A DNA stretch of 63,976 nt, counting the filler, from Malassezia furfur (lineage: Eukaryota), in NCBI GenBank assembly GCA_052055015.1. It is 5 parts of 5 records of this genome, joined end to end, with 100 filler letters (N's around TTAATTAATTAA, not from the genome) between each part and the next. Parts side by side here need not be neighbours in the genome. Positions count along the whole stretch, not along the records: positions 40,840 to 54,282 come from JBQJIT010000316.1; 4 more parts are not named here. The stretch is one strand, 5' to 3'. Below are positions 43,447 through 54,382 of the stretch, piece after piece. Below the pieces are notes generated by a model. It worked only from the letters and a program-made list of their open reading frames with translations, had not been told where the DNA came from and ran no database searches. The number at the start of each line of letters is the position of its first letter. The first letter of the stretch is position 1. Both the position numbers and the translations under genes were made by a program.

Positions 43447-46272
43447 CTAGGCCCGCACCGCCCGCATCAGCTGCCGCGCCGCCACAATGTTGCACGCCAG
43501 CGTCGCGAGGTTGGCGTCGGCGACAATTACCTCGGGCGAAAATTCCACGCCAAACGCGTCCTGGATGCCGGCTGCGATGTGGCGCACCTGGTCGTGCCGC
43601 CAAAACACCAGGTCGTCAGGATCCTCGGAACGGTAGGCATTCGCATCCTGCGGCGGCGGCGAGTCAGCCAGCGCAAAGTGCACAATCTTGGACAACGATG
43701 CATAGGTCTCCGCGTAAGACTCGCGATCATGCGGCGTGTCGACGTAAATTTCAAACGGCTCGCTGCGCGCCAGCACATCATGGCTTCCGTCGTGGTGGTA
43801 GCGCAGCTCGTAGAGGCCCGTGCGCCATGCCAGCTTTGCCCCACGGAACACACTGATGCCTTCGACCAGGTCCTCGGCCTCATTCACATCCGAGGCACCC
43901 GCCGTGCCCAGCGGGCCACGCTCGGCGCCCGCATGCTTGTCGCCCACCCATTCTTGCTCCGCAATACCGATCCATTTGCCCCGACTCGACACGCGCGTCA
44001 CCAGTAGGCCCATATCGTCGCGCCCGCTCGGCTCCTTGTCAAATGCCGACACGAGGTACATCCCAATCCAGTCGCGGCGTGAGTGGTTGCGAGGCGCCGT
44101 CCAGCGAACCGAGATCGACTCGCCGAGGTGGTAGCGCGGCGCCTGCGTGTTGGGTGAGTCCACCAACGCGACGCTGTACTTGGTGCGGTCCAAAGTGCGC
44201 ACCTCGTTGCCGGTGCGCTTCGACAGCAACCGGTCGGTGTGCTGGATGACGAGTGCTTCGGTATTGTTCACCAGCTTACCCACGCTGGGCTTCTTCTGCG
44301 AGAGGAATTGGTCCACGGCCTTCCTGGCCTGCGACTGCGTGCGGCGCAGCGTGTCCTGCACCTCGCGCACCGTCGATGCACCGCTCGCATTTTTGAACAG
44401 GAAGGCATTGCGCCGCGCAATCTGCTTCATCTGCTTCGTGACGCTCGACTCGACACGGACTTCCTCGCCGTACACCTTGCGCATGTGGGGGTCCTCAACG
44501 TAGCTTAGGAACCACCAGTGCGACAGGGTGGACAGGATCGCCGCGCATGTTACCAGCGGACTGCCGCTGATCAGCGCCATACCAAAGAACGCCGCACCGC
44601 CCATGGTCCGCTCGGGGTTGTTCAGGAAACGGTAGATGCCCGTGTACGATAAGCGCCGGGGGTAGTCGGTCACGAAAAAGTCGCCGTACAGCCACCCAAA
44701 CGGTCCCAGCACGCGGAACGACGAGCGTGCGCTCCAAATGTGCAGCAGAATTAGCAGCACACCTAGGACGTGGCGCAGCAGCGCCGTGCCCGCAGGCCAC
44801 GCCGCATCGACGGGCATGTAGCAGCGGTACGCAAGCATGGCAAACGACACATACACCATCACCAAGCTGGTGTTGTAGATTGCCTTCCAGTGTTCAAACG
44901 CCTCGTACACCGCATCGCGGGCATCGGCAAATGGATAAAACTTGAGGAAGTGGCGCACGATCCACGCATCGCGCGACTGCGCCGAGAGGGCCATTCCGAG
45001 ACCAAACGTATGGTACACACGCCAAAAGAGCGCATTCCCACACAGCAACACCAGTGCCATGCGGGGGCCTGTGTTGTACAGCACGAGTGGGACAATTGCA
45101 TACGCACACAGTACGACTAGCAGAAAGTCGGTTGCACGCATCAAGTCCAGGTGCGACAAAACCACCGCATCGCTGTGGAAAAGCCGGTGGTGCAGATCGT
45201 GTACATTGGGCGGCGTCGACGCCGTTTGGGGCACGGATTCCGAATCTTTGGTCGGCTGGCTCTGCTTCTGCGAGACACGCGCCGCGATCGGACGCTTCTC
45301 GCCATACACCCGCTCCATGTGGGGATTTTCGAACAACACCAGGAACAGCAGCTGCGAGGCATGCGCGGCCAATGACACAAACAACACCGTGTAGCTCCCA
45401 GTAAGCAACGATAGACCATAATAGCCAGCGTAGCCGATGCTGTACATGGGGTCAGGCGCAACCTCGTATACGCCGTCAAACACGAGGTTCTGCAAGCACA
45501 GGAAGAAGCAGTCGCCCCAGTACCAGGCATAATCCTTCACAACCCGATGCGCATCCAGCTTGACCCATATGTTGAACAGGATCAAAAGCAGCCCAGCCGT
45601 CCAGCGTACCACAAACAGGAACGTACCCAGTCCGCGTGTGCCGTGCAGATTGGACACGCCAAAGAAGAAGTACGCAAGGAAATCATTCAGCAGAATCACA
45701 TCCACCATCGATCGGAAAAGTAACCAGGTGTTGTACTCAAGCGGCATTTCTTCAAGCTTGTACTGCTTGCCCATCTTGGTAACCAGGTGCTGTTTTACCC
45801 ATGGTGCCATCTTGGGATTCCGCTTCACGTCCATCCAACCCCAGCGGTCCACCAGTTTGACAAGCCATTGCGACTTGCTCTGTTGCACCAGGAGGTATCC
45901 AAGCCCCGCATTATACGAGATGCGCCAAAAAGCAAAGTACACCATGAAAAAGACGCGGGCCTGTGCACGCGACACGGTGAAGAAGATGGCTACCTGGATC
46001 GCTAGGGTGAATAGCGTGAAATAGTCCAGCGGCGTCTTAGGTAGATCAGGGCGGAAGATAGAGCTGAGCATGTCCGGCGTCTCTTGGACATGGAAGAGGC
46101 GCCCGTCGGGCGTGCGACCCAGCACAGCACCCTTCTTTGACCCAACATTCTCCGGCTCCTCTGACGTCGACTCCGCTTGATTAGCCTTCACGGTCTCAGC
46201 AACAGACACACGCTGACGCAGACCATCTTTGCCATTTACAGAGGCATCCAGTGCCGTACTGTCAGCATTCAT
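43447..46272 (-). CDS. CHO2: Phosphatidylethanolamine N-methyltransferase
   Basis: GRTPDG..F.V..T.DM, KLDAHRVVKDYAWYWGD.FF, GWLYGDFF, GIYRFLNNPE. Confidence 0.95.
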   Translation of the reverse strand: MNADSTALDASVNGKDGLRQRVSVAETVKANQAESTSEEPENVGSKKGAVLGRTPDGRLFHVQETPDMLSSIFRPDLPKTPLDYFTLFTLAIQVAIFFTVSRAQARVFFMVYFAFWRISYNAGLGYLLVQQSKSQWLVKLVDRWGWMDVKRNPKMAPWVKQHLVTKMGKQYKLEEMPLEYNTWLLFRSMVDVILLNDFLAYFFFGVSNLHGTRGLGTFLFVVRWTAGLLLILFNIWVKLDAHRVVKDYAWYWGDCFFLCLQNLVFDGVYEVAPDPMYSIGYAGYYGLSLLTGSYTVLFVSLAAHASQLLFLVLFENPHMERVYGEKRPIAARVSQKQSQPTKDSESVPQTASTPPNVHDLHHRLFHSDAVVLSHLDLMRATDFLLVVLCAYAIVPLVLYNTGPRMALVLLCGNALFWRVYHTFGLGMALSAQSRDAWIVRHFLKFYPFADARDAVYEAFEHWKAIYNTSLVMVYVSFAMLAYRCYMPVDAAWPAGTALLRHVLGVLLILLHIWSARSSFRVLGPFGWLYGDFFVTDYPRRLSYTGIYRFLNNPERTMGGAAFFGMALISGSPLVTCAAILSTLSHWWFLSYVEDPHMRKVYGEEVRVESSVTKQMKQIARRNAFLFKNASGASTVREVQDTLRRTQSQARKAVDQFLSQKKPSVGKLVNNTEALVIQHTDRLLSKRTGNEVRTLDRTKYSVALVDSPNTQAPRYHLGESISVRWTAPRNHSRRDWIGMYLVSAFDKEPSGRDDMGLLVTRVSSRGKWIGIAEQEWVGDKHAGAERGPLGTAGASDVNEAEDLVEGISVFRGAKLAWRTGLYELRYHHDGSHDVLARSEPFEIYVDTPHDRESYAETYASLSKIVHFALADSPPPQDANAYRSEDPDDLVFWRHDQVRHIAAGIQDAFGVEFSPEVIVADANLATLACNIVAARQLMRAVRA

Positions 46273-46495
46273 AGGGCACAAGAAGGACAGAGGGTGGGAA
46301 TAAGACGTTCCCCCTCAGTCCCAGATTATATGGCGCCTAGCCATCGCGCCACGTGGCGAGATTGGCTCAACCCCGCACGAATAAGACGCCGATGCGGGGC
46401 ACTAAAACCGTCACCGCCCGAACGCGCGAGGAGGGTGTGTCTAGTGAATACACAGGAGCTACTGCACTACTCACGAGACAAGATGCATTTGAAGC

Positions 46496-47300
46496 TTACT
46501 GCAGGATTTTCTTGTCGACGACCTTGCCATCCGAATCGATCTTGTACACAATCGGGACACCGGTCGCCAGCTCAGTCGAGATGATCTGCTCAGGCGTCAT
46601 GTTCTCGAGCGCCATGATAACAGCGCGCAGCGAGTTGCCGTGGGCAGCAACAAGGACTGACTCGCCCTTCTCGACCAGCGGCTTAATTTCCTTGTTAAAG
46701 AACGGCAGCACACGGTCAGCCGTGAGCTTCAGCGACTCGCCACCCGGCGGGCGCACGTCAAACGAGCGGCGCCAGGTGTGCACCTGCTCCTCGCCGAACT
46801 TGGCACGAGCGTCGTCCTTGTTCAGGCCAGTGAGCTCGCCATAGTCACGCTCGTTCAGCGCCTGGTCCTTGACGACAGGAATGCCTTCCTGGCCAATGGC
46901 CTTAAGCTGGATCTCCAGCGTCTTCTGAGCACGTTGAAGGGCAGAGGTGAAGGCAATGCTAGGGCAGTGTTAGCACGGGTCGATTACATCACGGAGTACG
47001 TACTTGAATTTAGTCTGGTGGAAGAAACGGAGCAGCGGGTCAGCATCAAGTCATTTCCGAGAATAATACGTACGTAGCCAAACTTCTTGAGCTCCTCCGC
47101 ACCCTTGAGCGCCTCCTCACGACCCTGCTCGGTCAGGTCGGGGTCCTTCCAGCCGGTGAACTGCAGTTAGTATGCCATAATCCCAAAGGATACCCACAAG
47201 GTTCTTCTTGTTCCATTCGGACTGGCCGTGACGAGTGAGGACGAGAGTTCTTCGAAGTTAGCATGCTCTCTTCAGAAATCCGCAGAACGTACCCAACCAT
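46496..47300 (-). CDS. GPM1: Cofactor-dependent phosphoglycerate mutase; several introns and an 11-nt micro-exon at 47004-47014
   Basis: [53 protein letters not shown]. Confidence 0.93.
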
Positions 47301-47610
47301 GGTCTATGCGTTAGGTAACAACCCCGGATCCCGCACGGTCAAGTAGTCCGGCACCGGCTGCTCACGTGGGCGCTCGGAGGAAGCCGGGGATAGGGTCCGG
47401 TCAGCACACGTGATTATGTGGAGAGACACACACTGTAGTTATCTGATAGAGAATCAACCCGACCTGAGCAAGAAAAACTTGTCTCGGAAGGTCAAACGCG
47501 ATCTTCGTCTAGATTCTCAACCTATATTGTGGCGGAAGAGAGGCGTGAACTGGTAGAAACGGAGTTCATTCAGCAAGAAAACTGTATGAACAAGCGTTCG
47601 AGCGTTCGAG

Positions 47611-49348
47611 ATGGCGCCCAGCTTGGAAATACCTGGGGTATGTCTTTCGTGGTGGACCACTAATACGCAGAACAACTTTGTCGAGTTCACCAAAGAAGGT
47701 GATGCTCAGCAGCTGGTAAAGAATGCCCTATTGTGTTCCCGTTTGAATGAATCTCTCCAGTCTTCAAGACGTCTGGAAAATGTTTCTTGGCGAATGTGGT
47801 ACAAGCAGCATCGCTCGGACAAGGTAAGCGCCACACATTTTCACACGAAAGGCTAACTGGCAGTCAATGAACATGGAGCGGCGAAGGTCCATGTTGGTGA
47901 ATGCAGAGATTGATGTGATGAATATTTCGCCGTTGCGGACGCTGGACGAACATGTCTTGGCCAACGCTATGGGTTCGACCATGGACGTGGATATGCTGCA
48001 CGGCAACCAGACCGCGCGGACCCTCCCTTTCCTTGCGGGCGGCACCGATATGAATCACTGGACTAACATCCCGGCATTGAACGATACCAAGCATTTCCAC
48101 GGTGTTTTCCAAAACACGCAGCCACCAGAACAGCACGTGTCACCGGATATGCTCCAGCTCTTCCCTGCCCCGCCGAATGAACAATTCTGTGGCATCCCGG
48201 GCTGTTCATATGTGGACAACGGCAACAGCCTGTTGCGCAATGCACTCGGTATTACGGGCGATGAGCACGACACCTCACGAAAGGAGGAACAGGAAACGTA
48301 CAACTATACAGGCTCGGTGGCGCCATCTGGCCAAGACGAGGAGCCCCCGCAGAAAGGCGAGGCTGGTTCAGCTCCTACAACACCTCGGCGGCGATCTGAG
48401 GTAGCCATGGATGCTACGCCCGGATCGTCTGCCCCCACCGACGACGTTCCCACCTGCAGCAATTGTGGAACGCATAATACCCCGTTGTGGAGACGAAACC
48501 ACGACACGCTCCTCCTTTGCAATGCTTGCGGCCTTTACCTCAAGATCCACAAAACGCATCGCCCGTTGTTATTGCGCCAGCGTCAGCAAATTTGCAGCGC
48601 TTCCCGCGCTAATGGACAAGACCGTGGTTCGCGTTCGACTAGCGTGACCAGCTGTACAAACTGTGGCACGCGTGTGACGCCATTGTGGCGCAAGGATGAC
48701 AACGGCGCCATGTTGTGTAATGCGTGTGGACTTTACTTCAAGCTGCACCGCGAGCACAGACCGCCCCGCTACCGAGCAGACATTATCCGCAAGCGTGCTC
48801 GGTACGATCCGCGACAGCGCACCAACAGCGACGAAGGACAACCGTCTCCGCGGTCAGAACCCATTTCGCCTGCGCAGAGCACCCCCCAGAGTATGGGCTA
48901 TGCTGGTCCGTCTAGTGCGGGTGCCATGTTGCAATCACGGGATCCGACGTCGGATTCGCCCACCGTAAAACGGCATTCGACGCCCTCCTTGCCTCCGCCA
49001 GAGAGTTGCAGTCCCGTACAGGACGCCAGTCGTTTTTTGAGCTCAAGCCAGGGCCCGCTGGCCGCCGAGCTTGCGTCGCTGGCATGCTGTGGCAACGACG
49101 CATGTACCGGCCCGATCCTACTGAACGACGGTGCGCCCGAGTTTGTGGAGAACCCGCACGAGTACCACATGCACGACCAGCCCCACTTGATGTTCGGTAT
49201 GGACTTCAATATGGATACCATTATGCGGCCTCCTCACGGGCATGTGAATCGGCACTCGCTATGGCCCGTATACCAGTCCTCGGAGATGTATCCTCCGCCG
49301 GAGAACAAGGTGGATCCCAGTTCTAGTGTATCTCTACCGCTGCACTAA
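47611..49348 (+). CDS. GATA transcription factor with N-terminal DUF1752 motif and two zinc fingers; intron 47824-47863
   Basis: RRLENVSWRMW; CSNCGT..TPLWRR..LCNACGLY and CTNCGT..TPLWRK..LCNACGLY. Confidence 0.9.
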
Positions 49349-50025
49349 AGTGCCAGCATTGCCTACGATTTTTTTCCTCCTTAGCCATCTATGTCACTGC
49401 GTAAAAAAATCCCAGTGGTGTGCGGGGTTTCATGCGCGTTGGTCGCCTCGGGACTCCATGGGTGCGCACGCTAGATCTTATCCGTGACCGTGGCTCGTGC
49501 TTCGCGCGAGCCGCTGGGGCGCCGCGCAGCGTGCTTGTCGGCGCATGCCCGCCGCACCACGCGCCGAGGAAATATGTTGCGGGCGGATTCCAAGCAGATG
49601 CGCGCAGCGAGTACGGCCGCTGGGACGCGCACCGAGCGGTACCTCCACCTCGGCACGCGTCGAGCGCGAATTCGTGCGCTGTGGTTGGATGCATTTTGAG
49701 TGGAGAGGCCAAAAGTTTCGCCTCGCGCCCTACAATCGATGCAATCATAGCCTCATTCCAACGCGGACATATGCTTCAGATTAGTGCAACACTGGCCAAG
49801 ACGCGCGTCCGCGTGCCGCTCAACAAGCTTCACGTGGCGTGGCCGGGAGACGCTGGCCTGGCGTGGGCAGCGGTTACCCTGAACGCGGAGCGTGCTCTTC
49901 GTTAGACCACAGTTGGAGACGCGTCGGTCGGCTTGTGCCTGACGTCAATAACCCCTTGTTGTTCCTCTTGGGATCTCGGCGTGGCGCACACAACTTCCGT
50001 GTGCTGTCTCTGAGCAAGGCAGGCT

Positions 50026-52209
50026 ATGCCACGCATTCCCATTCGTGTTGAGCCCTACAGCTCGCCCGCAAAACAACATCGCCATTACAAATGCAAGAGA
50101 GACCAGGTCCTACGCGCGCTAGGCAAAGCGGCCTACATTAACGGCAGCCAGTTTGCCATCTTGTTGGTTTCCGCACGCGGCGACGTCGAGACATACGCGA
50201 GCGACGCTTTGCAGGACCATTTGGACGACTGGTTCATGAAGAGCGGCGTTGCCGAAGAAGCACGGCAACTGACGCTTGATAGTGTCCCTGAGCGGCGCAA
50301 CCCGCCGATGGGCAATCTCACCGCTGATGACCTCCTAGACGATGGTCAAGAATCTCTGAGTGGTGCGGCGACACCCGCCGTATCACGCATGGCGGACGAC
50401 CCCTTCCTGGAGTCGTGGTCGACCCTCGCCGGCGGCTCTGAAAAGATGTCTGGGGCTGAGGACTGGTCAAAGCTGCTCAAGCGCACCGATCTGACTGACG
50501 AGGCCCAGCCGATAGGTGAGGCAAGTGGATCGGCGGGCAGTCCGCCAGTGCCGATGGTGCCGCAGATGTCGACGCCGGTTCGCCCGCCAATGCGTCCGCG
50601 GACCGGGAGCACGGGCCGTGTCGCTGCGAACGCGCACCAGCCCCAACATACCATTGTGCTGAAGAACGAGGCAGAGCGTACGGCGTTCCTCGAGATGCGG
50701 TTCGGCCAACTGCAGCAGGTCATGTGCAAGATGATCGCCAAGGAGTGGATCAAGGTGATCGAGCCCAAGAAGCAGACGCGCTACCCCTACAACAAGGGGG
50801 AAGAGGCGAAGCCAAGCTGGTGGCCGAAGGACGTGCGTCACAAGGAGCCGGACCACCTGATGAAGCCGGAGCGCCACGCGCTGTTGCTTGCCATGCTCCG
50901 CCTGAACCAGGCGCGGATTGCTCGTCTGCAGCTAGCCACAGCTGAAGTCGTGGTACAGATTAAGTCTGGACGTGTGAGCCTGTTGATGGACATCTACCGC
51001 GTGGCTCGCGAGGAAGAGAATTTACGGGACCAAAACCTGGATATTAACACGCCTATCACCGTGGGCGTCTCCTCGCTTGAGGGCTGGGAAGGCGAGTCCG
51101 TTCCAGCGGCAGATCCCCCGGCTGCTGCTGAGAGCGCAACACCATCGACGAGTCAGGCGCGTGAGGACTATGCAAACGCCGAATCGCTTTCTCGACGCCT
51201 GAGTACGCAGCGCAAACGACCTCGCTTCGACTCGGCGCCCGAAGAGACACCAGAGCGCACGGGAGGAGCACCCATGACATGGACACCGATGAATGACCCG
51301 TATAATCCGTACCCCACCATGAGGGGTGTGCCGCACATGCCACAGCACGCCATGTCGGGTGGGGTCCCTGTTCGGACCATGTCGGGGATGAATGCACCGC
51401 CTTCGCAGCCCATGCAGCCCGCGTTTGACTCGTCGGATTTGTCAAGCTATTCACCGCTAAACCCCCGCGGGGACTTGCCCCCTACGACGCCGATACCCAC
51501 GGCGGCACCACACGGAGCTTTGGCGCAGTCGCCCGTCGCAGGTCGTACGAACCTGGTCAATTACGGCACGGTCGAGCCCGAGCCGCAGCGCAGCTCGTTG
51601 CCTGGTGTTTTGCCGGTCGGCAACGTGGGACAGCCTATGAAGTCAACCCGTTCGGCACCTGGGCAAATTCCCAACTCGCCCGAGGCGTGGCAAATGTTCC
51701 AGACGCATCCGCATGGCCAGTCTTTCCGTATGAGTCAGCCGGCACCATCGCCACTGGCGATGCCGCCGCATCGCGAGGGCGACCACCGCATGTCATGGGC
51801 GTTTGCCCACCCCGCTTCGCCGATGTACCCCGGAAATGCGCCAGCACAACCGACATGGGGCATGCCAGAGACGCCCATGCAGCAACAGCCGATGCAGAAC
51901 CTTGGAATGAGTGTAGGGTCCAGCGACGTGCGCTTCTCCCCGTCGTTTGACGCGAGTTTCAGCAACTCCGGCCCTATGACCCCCAGCAATATGTCGATGC
52001 ACCTGCACCCGGTCCATCCGCACATGCAAGCGCCGGGCGGTGCGGCCATGGGCTACCATGCGCCGCCGGGCAAATCGAGTACAATGCTTGGTACCGACCT
52101 CGCCTCGGTACCGCCGGCGCAGTCCAGTGAGATGGGCCCCTTTGATGTGAAGTTGGAACCCAAACCCAACGTTCGTTACCACAGCATGGAGGAATGGCCG
52201 TGCCCCTGA
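50026..52209 (+). CDS. DUF2841/YDR124W-like protein with a divergent MADS-like N-terminus; probable transcription factor
   Basis: LQQ..CK.IAKEWIKVIEPKKQTRYPY....KPSWWP.DVRHKEPDHL.KPER; P/Q/M-rich tail. Confidence 0.85.
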   Translation: MPRIPIRVEPYSSPAKQHRHYKCKRDQVLRALGKAAYINGSQFAILLVSARGDVETYASDALQDHLDDWFMKSGVAEEARQLTLDSVPERRNPPMGNLTADDLLDDGQESLSGAATPAVSRMADDPFLESWSTLAGGSEKMSGAEDWSKLLKRTDLTDEAQPIGEASGSAGSPPVPMVPQMSTPVRPPMRPRTGSTGRVAANAHQPQHTIVLKNEAERTAFLEMRFGQLQQVMCKMIAKEWIKVIEPKKQTRYPYNKGEEAKPSWWPKDVRHKEPDHLMKPERHALLLAMLRLNQARIARLQLATAEVVVQIKSGRVSLLMDIYRVAREEENLRDQNLDINTPITVGVSSLEGWEGESVPAADPPAAAESATPSTSQAREDYANAESLSRRLSTQRKRPRFDSAPEETPERTGGAPMTWTPMNDPYNPYPTMRGVPHMPQHAMSGGVPVRTMSGMNAPPSQPMQPAFDSSDLSSYSPLNPRGDLPPTTPIPTAAPHGALAQSPVAGRTNLVNYGTVEPEPQRSSLPGVLPVGNVGQPMKSTRSAPGQIPNSPEAWQMFQTHPHGQSFRMSQPAPSPLAMPPHREGDHRMSWAFAHPASPMYPGNAPAQPTWGMPETPMQQQPMQNLGMSVGSSDVRFSPSFDASFSNSGPMTPSNMSMHLHPVHPHMQAPGGAAMGYHAPPGKSSTMLGTDLASVPPAQSSEMGPFDVKLEPKPNVRYHSMEEWPCP

Positions 52210-52325
52210 GTTGGGCTCTTCTTGTTGCCCATGCCTACGCTCTTTCTATAAACCATATACCCTCCTAGGACCGTACAAAACCGCGGTGTGAACAATGGAC
52301 TTTTTTTCGACTATCTCAGAGGATT

Positions 52326-52926
52326 TTAGACAGCATACAATGTCGTCCATTTACGACTTGTCTCGATGGCACTGCGTAAGTGTACGCTACGCACTCTTTC
52401 TCATTCGTTTTGTAGTGCTCTGCAACGTCATTGGCCAAAGGATCGTCGGGGTTCGGCGCGGATAAGAGCGCCTGGATCGAAAGCAGCACGGTCCGAATCT
52501 GCAGGGCGGGAGACCATTTGTCTGCAATTAGCATAGAGGTAGGCATACCTTTGAGGATATCGAGGCAGATACGGCCGAGTTTGTCTGCGCGATGAGCCTT
52601 AACAACGTACCAATGTTGGGATGGTAGATTTTGGTCAAGAAGCGGACCTTGGGCGGAGCCATCGGATAGTCTTCCGGCAGGAACAGCTCGAGTTTAAACT
52701 TTCCCCCTGCATGTCAGCAATGTGAGCCGTGCATACCTTCAAATGGACTCTGCGTAGGACCGGAGATGACGACGTCAAAGTAGCGCAAATTGTCCTCATG
52801 TGGCGTCGCCTGGATGCCAGGCGCGGGATCCGCAATCAAGCGTTCCGTTTCCTGTACGTGTAAGAATTTCTGCTCATTCTGTGCGTATGTCCAGCGTACC
52901 TTGATAATGCGTTTGGGAAGTGCCAT
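52326..52926 (-). CDS. UBC13: Ubiquitin-conjugating enzyme Ubc13, five introns
   Basis: [70 protein letters not shown]. Confidence 0.95.
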
Positions 52927-53103
52927 ACTCTAGCGAAAGCCGTGCTCACAACGCCGGTCTGACCGTCACGTCGTGCGGGGAGTCACGTCGAGGATGTACT
53001 GGCATAAATCCGTTCACGTGGAGGTCACCCGGCTGACTGGTCCTGGCGCCTATCACCGTCGTACCTAGAGGGGCGTGACGAAGACCCTCGAGGCGAGCGC
53101 ACG

Positions 53104-54282
53104 ATGCCGTCGACCTTCTCGTCCTCAGAGAAATCGACGATAAAGTCAGCCCTCGCATCATCCTGCAAGATCATTACTGCTACGCCCGCGCGCATCTATG
53201 TCGCGTACCCGACCCCCGACCGTTGGTACTACACCGGCGTCGAAGGTGCCCTTGCGTTCGTGCGTGACGCCAAAGGCAACTTCGGCTTCCGCGTAGTAGA
53301 TGTACATGTGCGTACATGTATTGTTAATCGCAGCACCGAGGCGACATTACGTGGGAACACGAGCTCTACGAGGACTTCTACTTTTACGAAGACAAGCCCT
53401 ACTTCCACACATTTGCCGGCGATGTACGTCTAATACTTATATTCAGGAATGTATGATTGGGATCTGCTATGCAGATGAATCTGGTGCGGCCCAGCTGTAT
53501 AAAAAAGTCCAGAATCGCGCCAAGTATGGTACGTTTGCGCTGTGTGCTCACATCCAGCCAAATCTTCGTCCAGCTCTTCGAGCTTTGGATTCGCCAAGAA
53601 ACTGACGAGCAAGCTCGACTGGTCAAGAAACTCGCACGGCGAAGATAAGCGCACCAAGACCGATGCACCGCGTACAAATGCGGCAGACGAGCCCCACTGG
53701 AACGGACTCGTGGATCAGCTGGGATCCATGGGCGTCTCGGAATCCGATATTCAAAATAACCAAGACTTTATCCGAGACTTTTTGGCACAAAAAAACCAGT
53801 CGGGGCAGCCCAATGGCACAGCATCCCCTGCAGCTGCGCCCCCGCTGCGCAACCTCCCTCCGCCTGTGCCGTCAGCGTTTGGGAGTGCGTCGAGTCCGGT
53901 GCCTTCGGCTGCGCCGTCGATCCCTCAGCGCACCACGACCGAGAACTCGAGTGCCCCAGCCGGACCTCGTATGCCGCGCACTGCACCGGCACCGCCAGCC
54001 CGGCCCGGTGCAACAGGAAGCGGCGCCCCGCCGCCTGTGCCGCCACCGCCGAGTTCCCGGACTTCTCGTGCACCGCCACCTGTGCCGTCGCGGGGAACAA
54101 CCGGCCGGGCGCCTCCGGCGGTTCCGCCCCCGCCGCCATCCCGGGGTGGTGTCCCACCGCCGCCTCCGCCGTATCCGCCTTCGAGCAGCGGAGGAGCGCC
54201 ACCTCCACCGCCTCCGCCGCCGGCTGCAAGGGCTGGGGGTGCGCCACCGCCGCCGCCGCCGCCGCCGCCTGCCATGGGAGGG
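53104..54282 (+). CDS. LAS17: WASP/Las17 homologue (WH1 domain plus poly-Pro), 3' partial, with three introns
   Basis: ARIYVAYP.P..W.YTG..GA, WEHELYEDF.F..DKPYFHTF.GD, polyproline tracts. Confidence 0.88.
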
Positions 54283-54382
54283 NNNNNNNNNNNNNNNNNN
54301 NNNNNNNNNNNNNNNNNNNNNNNNNNTTAATTAATTAANNNNNNNNNNNNNNNNNNNNNNNNNNNNNNNNNNNNNNNNNNNN
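54283..54382. other. Artificial contig linker
   Basis: N-run with TTAATTAATTAA. Confidence 0.98.
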
